Source: Lama glama
Taxonomy: Eukaryota
Assembly (NCBI GenBank): GCA_028534125.1
Contig: CM052832.1
Coordinates: forward strand, 22,818,001-22,882,000
DNA: 64,000 nucleotides
Reading direction: 5' to 3'
Translations under genes and position numbers: made by a program
In this document: positions 1 to 12,700 of the stretch, in pieces
Numbering within the stretch: position 1 is the first letter of the stretch
How the letters are laid out: every line of letters begins with the position of its first letter
Notes under the pieces: model-generated
Told to the model about the DNA's origin: nothing
Database searches by the model: none
What the model saw: only the letters and a program-made list of their open reading frames with translations

Positions 1-44
1 GTTGCTTAGAAGGCCTGACTGTCCCTCCCCAGCCATTTCCCAAC

Positions 45-345
45 TGGCCAATTCCTTTATTTCTCAGCACAAATGTCACTTCCTCAGGGAAGATGCTGCT
101 GATCCTCCAGTCCTCCAGACCAAATTAAGCCCTCTGTCCTTGGTTCAAAAAATGCCATCTTTCCCCTTTGGTAATCCTCACCACATTGGTGACTTCAGGT
201 TCCCTCTGTCTTCCTCCCTGCCCTGTGATTTCCAGGTGACCCAAATGGCTTTATCTATTTCACTGCCATAGTCTCAGTGCCTGTTAGGGTATGTACTGGC
301 AGACACAAAAGGCACTCAAAAATAGCTCTTAATTAAATGAACAAT
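45..345 (+). mobile_element. L2 LINE 3' fragment
   Basis: L2-like strings 'aaatgtcacttcctcagggaag' and a tail resembling the L2 3' end (ctggcagacacaaaaggcactcaaaaatag...ttaaatgaa). Confidence 0.6.
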
Positions 346-3300
346 TGCAACATGGACTGAAAGAGGACAATACTCAGAATTCAGAAAATTTGACTTACAT
401 GTTTGCTGTATATATATCCCTGGAAAAGGGTTAGAAAAATTAGCAGAAATAAAATATTTCTAAAACAGCATATAGACCTCTTTATTATCCTGTGAGTGTA
501 TCCAAGATCCAGGATGCTCGATGAAAATTAAAAAGAAAACTACATCGGGCAAGTGTTGATTCTAGCTGATAGACATTTTTATATAAGCTCCATATCATTC
601 TTATTGGATCAATAAGGTATATTAAAAAAATGGAACAAGAGGAAAATGGAGTATAAGAAAAATGGAGGTAGACATAACAGATGTTATTTAAATTAAAATC
701 AACCATGGAAGATGAAATTCTCTCAAATATCTATAAAAATTCCACAAAATATTAAAAAGAAAATGCTTAGAATCACTTAAGTCTAAATAAAGTGCCTAAT
801 CTCATTAATATGCCAATCATATTAAGGAATGATTTTTCTTTGTGTTTTGAAAAATAACGCATGCAAGCCCTGCTGTAAGACTTGCCGATTTATTTTCACT
901 GGTTCCTGAATTACAGCACTGAATTTGAACACTTCAGATGATGTAAGAGCCCAAATGCAGCTCCCTGCAAAACTGACAAAACCTAGTACAATCCTGGGTA
1001 AAGCTCCATGAGTTTTGGCATTTTCAGTTCTCCTTGAAAGGGGAAGGAATGTAAGCACTATAAAGTGACTCTGATCCAGAGATCTGCAAACTGTGATTAG
1101 TATAAACTTTGTATTTTGAAAAGTTAAAGCCTGAGTGAAACACATTCAGAGAGCATTTATAGTGAGAGGGCAACTGTACAGAATGCTGATTTTGAATTAA
1201 GACTTTCTTGGATTTAAATTCTAATTTTCTGTGTGGTTTTCAGTCACCTGTTTAATTATTTTTTAATTACTCTGACATTGTTTTTGAAGCTATTTAATAA
1301 TGATGACAATAATAACTTCGTATTATTTCTGTATGACTCAGAACAAAAAGTCTAACACATAGTGACCAAACATCTGACAGATAAATAGTGCGCACAATAA
1401 ATGGCCTGTTAAATTTTATTATGTGAGATGATAAGAAGCCACCTCTGTCAACAGACAATAGGTAGCTTCCTTTAACATGGAACCTAGTTCATTTCAGCAT
1501 CAAAGTTGGAACCACCAATGGTTACAAATGCCCAGATAAAAAAAAGCAATATATTTGGCAGGTGCAGAATAAAGAAACTGTTCTTGTCTCCAACAAGTTG
1601 CACTTGTCATAAATTCTACTGACAGTTTTGGTGAGAAGACTTCAAAAGGAAAATATTTGCAGAACTAAGGAATGCACTGAGGACTCAAAGGAGGAGAGGA
1701 CACTATTGCCAGCAAAAATGCCTGCAAGAAAGCTTTGTTTTCACTTGAACTTTTCCTTGCCAATCTCAAAACCACCAGTTTCTTCCACCAACTGCAAAAA
1801 CAAATAGAGGAAACAAAACTGATGGATGAGTTCAAAGTCAGATCTCTTTGTGTCTGTGATGGCAGGGTGGATTTCAAGGATAAGGATTGCTCCTTCAAGT
1901 GATCTGATTTCTTGAACTTAATTTCACAGTCTATCAGTTACTTAAGAGACATTATTTTCGTCAGCCTGGTCAAGTCAAAAGCAAGATATGACAGATATAA
2001 ATAAAGAGAGGGAATAATGTCTTCTCTTAAGGGAAGATTAACCCGTGAAGACGTGAACCAATTTCTTATAGCTTCGTGCACCTCCGGTGTTTCCTGGGAC
2101 ATTGGTTAAATCATGAATACCTTTGATAGCTTTAGTTTCTCCATGTTGAAAAAAGACCCAACAATATCTTAAACGTGCAAATGAAGGACACTGTACCAGG
2201 GAATAAACCATAAGACTGATAGTATCAGTGGTGTTATTCTTAGTTATGTTAGCATGCCTTTTACATATTTCTCTTGGATACCTTGGAAAACAGACCTCTT
2301 TGGCTAACAGACATAATACCAAAACAATTAAACAATTTTCGGAAGATATTAACTTTCTGTGGTAGATTTATAGGCTGTGAAATATAAGAAGACTAGTGGT
2401 GGTAATTTTGATGTATCGATATATTAATTCATTTGTACGTCGTTCTTTGTTACAAAAGAGATTTAGATGTCTAAAAATAACATAATATGGTTTTTAAAAA
2501 TGAAAAATAACTTAGTAAGGGTATCAGGGCAAATAAGAGTAAGAAAGATAAGACAGGTCTGAAGTTAGCACAAAAGCTGCTGGCTGTGTGGTTCTGTGTA
2601 TGTGTTGTTTCTGTCTATGACTCAGAATTAATTTATAGTGAGTAACCAGCTAACCAAAAAGCTATGGGCCAGCAGTGATTTTACTTTTCAAAGACCCAGA
2701 AGAGAGAAAGCAGCCCTGAAGTCTGGCCCCTGGAAACCTCATCATGAGCCCCACTGTGGCCCAGGCTGTTCTGATGAGGTTATTGCCTTTGACGGCCTGT
2801 ATATCCCATAGCTTGATAACTGGGGAGACTTCAACAGAGGGAAAAGGATGCACTATAGACAATGAAACTTAAGCTAATGTCTCTATCATGCTCTTGACTT
2901 TTCATGTGATTATCACAGATGTGCCTGCCAGAAAGCCATCAAAGCTTTTTGAGGCAAAGTCAAAACAGAAGAAACTAACCTCAGGGCGGAAATGGTAGCT
3001 TCTATTGTAGATATGACCACTTGAATCTACGGAGAAGTTTCCAAGATCATAACCTCTTCTTTTCCTCTGATTCTCACCCAGGGATCTTCTATGTCAGGAA
3101 TGGCAAAAAGATTTTTTATATTCAGTTGCAACTTATATCAACTGTCAATTGCTTTATCTTGAGAACAATTCTTCACTCATATCTGGGCTCAGTGGTAAAG
3201 GCTTATGTGATCACTTAACAACACTGACGAAGAGAATGGGACGTGGAGTGATGGTAAGTATACTGAATATGTGTAATTTCAAGTGCTTTCTGGCTCTTTG

Positions 3301-4989
3301 ATTCTGATTATACCCCACAGTTGTAGGAAATTTACTTTATGATATGATACCTATATATTTTCCCCTAAGACCCTTTTAAGAAAGGATAATCAAGAGTCAT
3401 TTTTCCCTCCGTATACAACATAGAAAGAATGATAATCGCCCCCCATCCTGTGACTGCTTCCATGCATATTTTTTGTTGTCCAAAAAAGGGCCAAGATGCC
3501 CAAGAGCACATACTAAATATTGAAAAAAATTCCCTAATGCAAATAGAATTGATTTGGAATGCAGATGGAGAGTGAGAAAAAGAATGCCCAAAGCCCATAT
3601 ACCTAGGCCTATGTTTTCTCTTTTATGACTCTGCAGATTCTTCCATTATATTACTTTGCCCTTGAGCCAGAAAAATGCAGTTCAGATAATCTTCTGCTTC
3701 CAGTTTGTAAGAGATTTCCAATTTTAGACTCTTCCTATTTATGGATGGTAGGATGATTTAAGGTCCAATATAAGTCATGTTTGTCTTCTAAGACTCTGAA
3801 GGTATTACACAATCCTTTAGGAATATGAAAATTATTGTGGACATTGTCATAATTAAAAGGGTAAACACAGATGTGTGTTGTCAGTGAATTTTTGAGCATG
3901 CATAGTGTGAGAACATCATTAATGGAATTCCAAGAACTTGAGATGCTGTGGGAAACTGGCTTCCAAGGAGTTGTACGACATCCCACTTGCAACTGTCCTT
4001 CCACTAATCATTTCATTAAGACTCAAAGTGTTCATAAGGCTACTTGGCTGTTGAGAAGTGTTCATGGGAGAAAATCTGAACCATAGTGAAACTGTAACTG
4101 TTGACTGAAATTTTTAGTTGAAGGTAACAATAACAGAATCCTGACAGTTATGGCTAATTTTCATGTATAAACGTATAGTGTATTGCTCCATTGCTCATCA
4201 TATGTGATGTTGCTGTAAAGCATCAACCTTGCTCAGAGAGCTAAGACATCCCAACGCTGGTAGCTGAATTGCCTTTACTGATGTTGGATGTATTTACATT
4301 TTAATTATTGGAATAGAAATCTGTTTGGTAGGATGTGAACAGGTGTCTCTGAAGAGATATCACAGTGGGAAATGTTCATGGAATTTCCATACTTGGTTCC
4401 AACCCAATAGTACATATTTCATAACATTTCAGCTAAATTAGCACATCCATTTTTGTATTATATGGGGGTGGGAAAAAACTAACTTTTTCTGGCTCTTCAG
4501 AATTAATCAGACTTTTTTAGCTTTCGTTTTCTTTTGCAATGGAAAAAAAATGTTGCAAATATGAACCTCCACCTTGGCAGAATTATAAAGCTCATTCAAG
4601 CATGAAGAAAATCAATGCCAAGTCAGGAGAAAAAGAAAATGAGAAGACTCAACTTTGGCTGTTTGAAATACAACTCCTGTGCACAAGGAGTCCCATCTTT
4701 TAAATGTCAACCCTGGTGACTGGTGACTCCTACAGAGGCATGGCCTTACGAGTCAGGAAGTACGGTGGAGCATGGTGGACAGGAGACACTCAGCAGGACT
4801 CTTCACGGCTGCTGGGCTTTGGGGGAAATCTCATAGTCCTCACTGTTACCTCTACTGTGGGTACTTGGATGCTTGATGTTAGTGTTTATGCCTCATAGCC
4901 CTTCCAGTGGAATTATCACGGGAAGACTTGGAGGCTGGAGTTGAAATTTGCAGCTGAGATTGCTAGCTCATGGCAAACTCACTTAATTT

Positions 4990-5135
4990 TTTTCTTGGAC
5001 ACACAGCTGGACTACATTTCCCAGCCTCCCTTGTGGTTGAGCGTGGTCAGGTGAATGAGACCCAGCCAAAGGCATATGCTACTTCTAGGCCTTATCTATT
5101 CAAAAGGAAATCCCTCCTTCCTCTTCCCCTTTCAC
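4990..5135 (+). mobile_element. MaLR LTR fragment (MLT1I/J-like)
   Basis: 'acacagctggactacatttcccagcctcccttgtggttgagcgtggtcaggtga' matches the old MLT1 core as I recall it. Confidence 0.7.
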
Positions 5136-6924
5136 CTTGTGACTAGGATCCCTAACTTAATTCTAGGTGCTACTTTTGTTTTTCTAAAAAACAAGCAAAC
5201 AACAAAACACCTCTACAGTGATACTGTACTAGGAAAATTTAACTAACTTAAGGCCTAAGAAAGTCAACATGCTTTGTCTAAAGTGACAGGTTGTATATTA
5301 AAAATAAAATTAAAAGTAAAATAAAATTCCTGGCTACTTTGTTTACTTGCTTCTTTTCCTTTCTGCATGAAGGATATAAGCTATGGAACATCTTTGTCAG
5401 GTAAATAATGCGGCTGAAACATAAAATTTACAGAAGTAGTGGAAGCAAGGATTTATGCTCAAACTTCAAGGGCAACCTCATGAGTCCAAGACTTTGAATT
5501 GGCAGAAGTGAAAGTCAACATCACTGTCAGTCATCTGAAAGTTTCCAAATATTCAGATGTTTGGTATTAAGTAAACAAAAATTTGGATGAGTCACCGTTT
5601 TTTTTGTTTTTGTTTTTTAGCTTTTGGGAAAATTCTTTTGGTACACAATGTTAAACATTCATTGATGCCATGTATCTTACAGCATTATAATTATATAAGC
5701 AATATGGTAGCTACCACTATATAAACACCGTTGGGGATAGCTTGGGTAAGAGTGTTACTCAAAGTATACTTCACATGTTTTATTGTCTGAGAGATTCTAG
5801 CCGTACATTTATAAAATCTCTCTCCAGAGATATGACGATGGAGTAATTTTGTCAAAAGATTTCCTATTGAGGTTTTAGTGTTTCCCAGTATATTCTGAAT
5901 ATACTTATGCTTATGTGCTTATATGGAAATGTGAGGACCTGTATTAATGAGTGATATTACCCCCCAAAACCCACAAAGAGCTGAGTTTTGAAGGCTGATC
6001 TTAAAGAGTATGATGGGCATAAATTAGTGAAGGGTAGGGCGACAGAGTTCTGACTACAGCGGGGTAACAGCAGGGAGGAGTCACTAGTGGAAATTCACAT
6101 CACAGCATCTTCCATTTAGGTGAGAGTTTAATGTACCTTGAGAATGAAGCATCTAGGTATTGTGCTTTTGTGCCACTTTCAGCAGATTTTTTAGTTCATA
6201 ATTTTCCTCTGGCCGTGGTTGTAAGATATTTATGCTTGACTGTGTTCATTGTTTTTTGTGAACTTATAAAAATTGCTTTTTTATTAGTCTATAAAAGCCA
6301 TGTTTGGAGACAGACTAAAATAAAAATTAATGCAACTTATCACCCTACAGCACGAGCAAGTGCCTGTTTTGGTCTCTTATTTAAGCACCGCAGATGCGTT
6401 GAAACCTAATAAAAATTGTTCCCTGGCCCATCAACCCTAACCAGGGAGCAAGAAGCTGAAATCGGTGAATTGCCCAAAACCAAAAGGGAAGTCTTTTGAG
6501 ATCTGCATTGTAAAAACTCTGAGAAGCAGTATGTTCTGACTGCAGCCATAAAGTCTGGGCTTTGTGAAGAGGTATATATTTATCACTTAACAAACATCCT
6601 CCTCCATCACTTTGACTTAAAAAAAAAAAAGAGTCCTTTTGGTTGACATACCTCACTTTGGCTTTAAGATCTATCTTATTGAACACAGAAGGAGGCTGCA
6701 TTCTCTGTGGTCCTTAAGTGGTAATTGCAAGCAGCGAGCTAGCTGAGATTTGCCAGTTTACAGCACATTCAACAGCTATAGCCCCCTGTCCGTGAGGGCG
6801 TTCACAGTGTGATAGGAAATGCACCAAATGGACCAGGTTGACAAAATCATAGCAACCACGACAATGAGAATTATTATTACTATTACAAAAATAAAAACAA
6901 ACGAAAACATAGCTCTGAGCCCTG

Positions 6925-7270
6925 CAGACGTGACTGTTTCCCAGGAGACAGCCTGGGCCTCCCCGCTCACCTCTGAGCGGCGTCTGGGGGTGCACTGCAG
7001 CTTGCCAGCACTTGCTGAGCGAGCCCCGTCACCGGCGCCCAGAAAGCTGAGGATGAGCGGGACAGTGCAAAGCAGAAGCTGGTTTTCTCCCTGGCTTTTC
7101 CATCTAGTCTTCTCATGAGATAGAAAGGCCAATAGCCTTCAATAGGCCAACGCTTCCTGCAGCGTGCTCACCTCCCTTGGTCTCTGGCCCCTGGTCTGGG
7201 TTGGGGATCTTAATGTGGGTGCCATGCCCTTGTTTTCATCAAAAGCAGCCCTGGGTGTGGGGGTGGGGGC
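6925..7270 (-). promoter_or_regulatory. CpG-enriched promoter-like region with candidate first exon (about 7120 to 6971, minus strand)
   Basis: About 11 CpG in about 240 bp (6925-7165) against a CpG-poor background. Minus-strand donor GAG|GTGAGC at 6971/6970, CCAAT at 7129-7133, KLF/SP-type GGGTGTGGGGGTGGGGG at about 7253-7269. No repeat signature. Confidence 0.45.
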
Positions 7271-7784
7271 ACAGAAGGATGTGAGGGAGAGATACTGCCC
7301 CGATGCTTTTTTCTTCAGGTTGCTTTTCAGACACATTCTCAAGGACATGTCAACATTCAAATGAGTATTTTAATTCCTAGAGCCCACTCTTTTCAGCTGG
7401 CTCTCCCATCCCTTGTTTGAACCATGAAAACAAAAAGCTGTGTCTGTTTAATCTTTAGGAAAAGTATGCTAGCCCTCCCAAATGTGATACGAAGTTGGTT
7501 AGAATGATCTGGGTGTTAAAGCAATCACAGTGGAAGAATTCTAGCTAAATGGATACCATCTGTCCCCCCAGAGCGAGCATGTCTTGTCCAGCTCCTGACC
7601 CCGTCATCTCTGAGCTGTTGCTCTTGGGGCTCAGTCCCTGAATAGATGCCTGGGGTTCCCAGGATACAGACGGATTGGTTGTGCAATGAAGACTTTATGA
7701 GAAACTCTTCTCCCCCCTTTTCCTAAGGGCCTGAAATCAGCAAGCCAAAACACATTTTATCCTAATATAGAAAAGAATTAGACA

Positions 7785-7990
7785 GCAGACGCTTCTTCAC
7801 AGCAGCCTGCGTGCTGGGAGAGGGAAAAAAAATGGCGCAGCCCTCCCCCTGGCAAGAGTTAGGGCTGAGTCATCGCGGGAGTGTTTGTGGTAAAATCACA
7901 TCTTTCTCTTAGATAGTGGGACTATTATCACTGGGTTACGGACAGCTAGTCCAGAGTGACTGGTGAATCCACTCCTTTCCACCACATAAA
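7785..7990. promoter_or_regulatory. TF-motif cluster (candidate proximal enhancer)
   Basis: GCGTG 7809-7813, YY1-like AAAATGGCG 7829-7837, AP-1/ARE-like GCTGAGTCAT 7864-7873, RUNX TGTGGT 7886-7891 and ACCACA 7981-7986. Confidence 0.4.
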
Positions 7991-9244
7991 AGACTAAGTC
8001 TTTGGCTCCAAGGGAACAAAACATACGAGACTATTACCGTGAGAGGAGAGCAGATAGGAGGAGACCCTGGAAAAAGCTGGCTGAGATCAAAATGCGAGGA
8101 GAGCCAACAAAGTAATGAAGAAGATTTGTTTTCTTCTTGAACTCAGGGTGGGGATTTGGGTCACATCTCCATAATCATGTGAAAACAAAAGGTCACCCCA
8201 ATGAATGATTTTCCCAGAGGCCCCCATGAGACAGGATGCAAAATCAATTCTATGTCATCCAACCAAAGACCACCACTAGGGGCTAGGATAATTTCTTTGG
8301 CTTGGTGAGTGAAAGCATAATTTTTTATATTACCTCATTATCCAGAGGCTTATTCAGATCAGGAAGGGAAAGAGGAAAGAAAAGAGTTTTTAGTGAGGGA
8401 CCTCCTTCAGTACTGGGATTCTTCCATTTCCATTCACTTATGCCCAGCACTTGCCATACCTTGACACTTGTTACTTGCCTTTTCTCTCATTTAATCAATT
8501 CTTCCAATCGGCCCTTGTTTGACCTTTCTAAAAGATTAATTTGTCTCCTGCAATCCCTTCCACTGCCAGCTCCTCATTAACTATCAAGAAAAGTCCATCT
8601 TCTTCAGCACGAACATCTTTGAAATATGGATGCTCCCTGACTCTTCCAGTCCTACCTCCACTAGTGCCCCTAACAGTCCCTCTGATCCAAGATGACTTTC
8701 TCCTCACTACTCCTGAGAGGTGCCACCTTCATTTCTATGGATTCAATCCCTTGATTATCTTGTTCCCATCAAAAGTGGGTTCATCCTTCTATACATCTGT
8801 CCGTCCAGATATCTGTTCTCCAAGCCTCTCCTTCAACATCATCTTCAGTGCTCCTCCAGCTACAGATCATGTATCTCTGCATCCTTACAGCAGCTCATAG
8901 TTACACGTTCGTAATGTTAGCACTTCATTCGGGCTTACTTGGATTTTTACAACATTATTGTGTGTTTGCACAGAACGTCTTTCCCATGGAGAATGAATGG
9001 TCTTCTGTGACATGGACTGTGTCACAAGACATTTTTATATTCTACATAGCATCTCAAACAGTTCATATAAATATTCAAAATATTTTCCCCCAAATCCTTT
9101 CGGAATGTAGCCTTTAAACTTCATTGCCAGCCTTTGGAAATGGGAAAATAAGCCCAAATGAAGCAAATAATCAGAAGCTCTTTTAGAGTCACCATCAAAC
9201 ACTGTTATGCCTCTACTTCTTCTCCCTACTAGGTCAAGAGATCA

Positions 9245-9390
9245 CAGGAACCTTTGAGCTGGCTGGGACACTTGATGGCACCAAGCCAAACCCTTTCAGT
9301 GCAGAGACGAGTATGTGGTGGATCTTGACTGAGGTCACAGTCATTAGTAGAGTGGGGACTGAGAAACCACATCTCTAGACTCACAGTATT
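9245..9390 (-). mobile_element. MIR SINE fragment
   Basis: 'gactgaggtcacagtcattagtagagtggggactgagaaaccacatctctagactcacagt' is MIR-antisense-like. Confidence 0.5.
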
Positions 9391-10989
9391 TTCTTCCCTA
9401 TTTGTTTATACTTCTTCTTGCCCTAGCCTTCCCATGGCTGCTGGAATAATAAACATTATTCATTTGATTTCAGGAAAAAAAAAAAGTAAAGCATAAGGGA
9501 GGGAACACAAAATTTAGGCTTTCCCTGAAATAGCCCTCAGTTATATTTTCAATGTTTTAAGAGTCTAGTGCATGCTTGTCAATTATGATTGTTTGCACTC
9601 TGATTCTATCTCAGTCTTTCCTTTGTGACATTTTAGAAGTTGTGTTGGATCTAATCAGCACCTGCTTATGTCACTAATTACGCTCCACTGTCAAAGAAGG
9701 GCCCCATTCTGTCTTTCATGTGGCTCGGCTGCTGTTCATTGTTCTGTATTCTACCTGAGATAGAGCAGAAGTCCAAACGCTGGGCCTAGGAAAGCTACTA
9801 CGTCAAGGAAGTTTCTATGACAATGCTGGTGAAATATTCAACAGCAGACAAATGCTCACAGTGCAAGAAGAAGCACAGACATTTGATCCACTTCAGAAAT
9901 AGTCTAAGGTCACTAGTTTTATGCTTTAGGATGCCAAAAGGCATTTCTAGAAGGAATACATTTAAAATATCTATATTGTGTTAACGAAAGAATTTTAAAG
10001 CAAGATTCAAAGGTCCTGGAATCCAGCTTTTTATCAAGACACTAGTCATTCATTTCCTTGAGTGTCAGTTTCCCCATCAGATGAGAATTACACCTGTTCT
10101 GCACAGCTCATATATTTGCTTTTATTGCTATAAGTATATATAAAGATATACAGAAATTTTATTTACACATTGTATTTACTTTGTGGGTCATAAGAAAGAT
10201 TTTCCCCTGGGTTGGAATTTATTTTACTGGTTATGTGATACAAATTTCCATGTGCATTAGCTGGGAAGACAATAATAATAATATTTCTACTCTTTAAATC
10301 AAGCTACAAGACAGATGGAATCAACCATATAGTGCACAACTTCTATACTTCGTATTTCTGTGTTGTTTTCCCTCCATTTCTCTCCACTCCCCACCTTCCA
10401 TTACCCCTTTTTGATCACTGTCAGCTGAGGTGCTATTTTTTCTTGTCCTTATCCCCTAACTGGTTAGTTTCACAACTGACAGAAACTACTTAGGAGAAAT
10501 CCTCACAACACACAAACCATGTACGAATCTGACCGCCCCTCGGTACATTAGAGATGAATGCACACAGGATAATGGCAGAGCAGCAGACAAATAACCAGCA
10601 GTCTGGCTCACTTACACTCAAGGGGTTTCACACGGTGGGGTAGTTACATGTCCATTTATTGCACCTTCATTGTAGCCACTGATTTAGTCCACTTAACCCT
10701 TTGAGCTTCTCCATGAATGCCCACACATCATCTCATGATAAGCGAGATTTGCAGAACTGAGCAAAAATCCCTTACTTGCTCTCCCATAATTACCTTCAGA
10801 ATCACTACAGGGCAAATATAATCAGTGTTTCTGCAGAGTGGCTTTTTTCATATGTACAAAGGTAATCTTGTTAATATAGTTACTTATAATCTAAGTAGCT
10901 CTCAATTTCCACTTTCAGCTAAGATAAAATGTTTTACAATAAACTCTTCAGTGATGAGATACGAAAAAAAAATGGTTCAAATGAAACAA

Positions 10990-12700
10990 CTGCAAACTTA
11001 AATCTAAAATAATATATACCACTTACACTAGCTCCAAAAGTTTCAAATACCTAGGAAAGATGTGCAAGACTTCTGCAGTGAAAATTAGAAACATTAATGA
11101 GAGAAACTGAAGGACATCTAAATAAATAGAAGCATATTGCATGTTTACAGATTGAAGACAGTATTTTCAAAGTTTCAAATTTTCCCAAACTGATCTATAT
11201 AGTGACTGCAATTCCTATCAAAACCCCAGAAAGTTCTGTTGTTGTGTTGTTGCAGTGGGAGATTGTCAAGTTTATTCAAAACCGACTATGTAAACGAAAG
11301 GCTATCTTGAAGAAAGATAAAGTTGGAAAACTTACACTACCAGATACCAAACTTATTCTAAAACTTTATAATTACTATGATGTGGCACTGGCCTAATGAA
11401 ACACATACAGCAATAGAAGAGCATGGAGAATCCACAAACAGCCCCACAAAAATGCAGTCTCCTGAAGTGTAGCAGAGCTGTCACTGCAACGCAGTCAGCG
11501 AACAGACTGTATTTTCAATGAATGATGTTGGGTGAGACATATATTTATAGAGGAAAAATCAATATAATTCATATTTCAAGGTGGCTTATGGATCTAAATG
11601 AAAAAAAAGTAAAAACCCTAGGGCCCCTAGAAGGTAACACAGAATATTTTCATCAAATTTGGGTAGAAAATGATTTCTTAAATGGGACCCCAAAAGCACC
11701 AATCATTAGAAAAATTTTGGCAAAATGGGCAAAATTTAAATTTAAATGTATGTTCATTAAAAGGCACCATTCAGAGAATGACGAGGCAAGCTACAGAGAG
11801 GGAGGGAGAGAGGGAGACACATGTGGCAATGTATACACGTGACAAAAGACCTAGACCAAAAATACATAAAGAACTCCTACACATCAGTAATGAAAAAGCA
11901 TGCTAGGAGAAAAATGGGCATAAGATTTTAACAAGCACTTCCAAATGGGCTGTAGACATATGAGAAGTGTCTACCTTCATTAGCTGTCAAGGAAATTCTA
12001 CATAAAACTAAAATGTAACCCCCCCTACACACCCATCAATTGGCTAAAATAACAAAGACTGACAATACCAAGACACTGTGAGGACATGGGGCAACTGGAA
12101 GGCTCCGCACTTCCGATGGGTGTGTGAACGGATACAGCTGCTTTGAGAAATAGTCTGGTAGTATCTACGGATGTGTACAACCTGCATACCTCATGACCCC
12201 AAAGCACACACGCAACAGAAACGCCTATGTATCTGTGCCAAAACAAGGATGATCACAGCAGTATTTGTTAAGAGCCCAAATACTGATGGACATTTGACAT
12301 ATTGTAGATACATACAATAGCACGCAGCAGTGAGACTAGCGAGCTGCTGTCATGGACAGCAATCTGAGTGAATCTCCGCGAACACACGACAGAGTGAAAA
12401 AAGCCAGACACAAAAGACCACACACTGCATAATTCTGCCTCTATCTATTTCAAACACTGGCTACCTAACACCATGGAGATAAAAGTCATGAGAGTGATTT
12501 ACTTTCGGGGGCAGACTGCACGTACGGGCAGGGCAGGCAAGGAGGCTTCTTGGGTGCTGGTTAATGTTCTATTTCTTGAACTGGGCAATGGTTAGTTTAG
12601 GAGATTGTGTTGACTTTGTGCAAATTTATCAAACTGAGAAGTTAACATTTTTGTACTTTTCTGTGTGTATGTTACACTTCAGCAACAGTTTTCCTAAAAA
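10990..12700 (+). mobile_element. Old L1 (L1MD/L1ME-like): decayed ORF2 3' part plus 3' UTR
   Basis: ORF remnants 'AIPIKTP...KFIQ...KAILKKDKVGKLTLPDTKL' and 'KIHKELLHISNEK' are L1 ORF2-like. The 3' end reads 'tgtacttttctgtgtgtatgttacacttcagcaacagttttcctaaaaa'. Confidence 0.9.

Noticed and set aside
2031..2125. CpG-containing exon-like stretch (plus: GRLTREDVNQFLIASCTSGVSWDIG*; minus: GIHDLTNVPGNTGGARSYKKLVHVFTG*)
   Set aside because: No recognisable homology, and splice signals are incomplete on both strands.
5826..5904. C/D-box snoRNA-like layout (ATGACGA ... CTGA with atat ends)
   Set aside because: Box C is imperfect, the stem is trivial and I recognise no rRNA-complementary guide.
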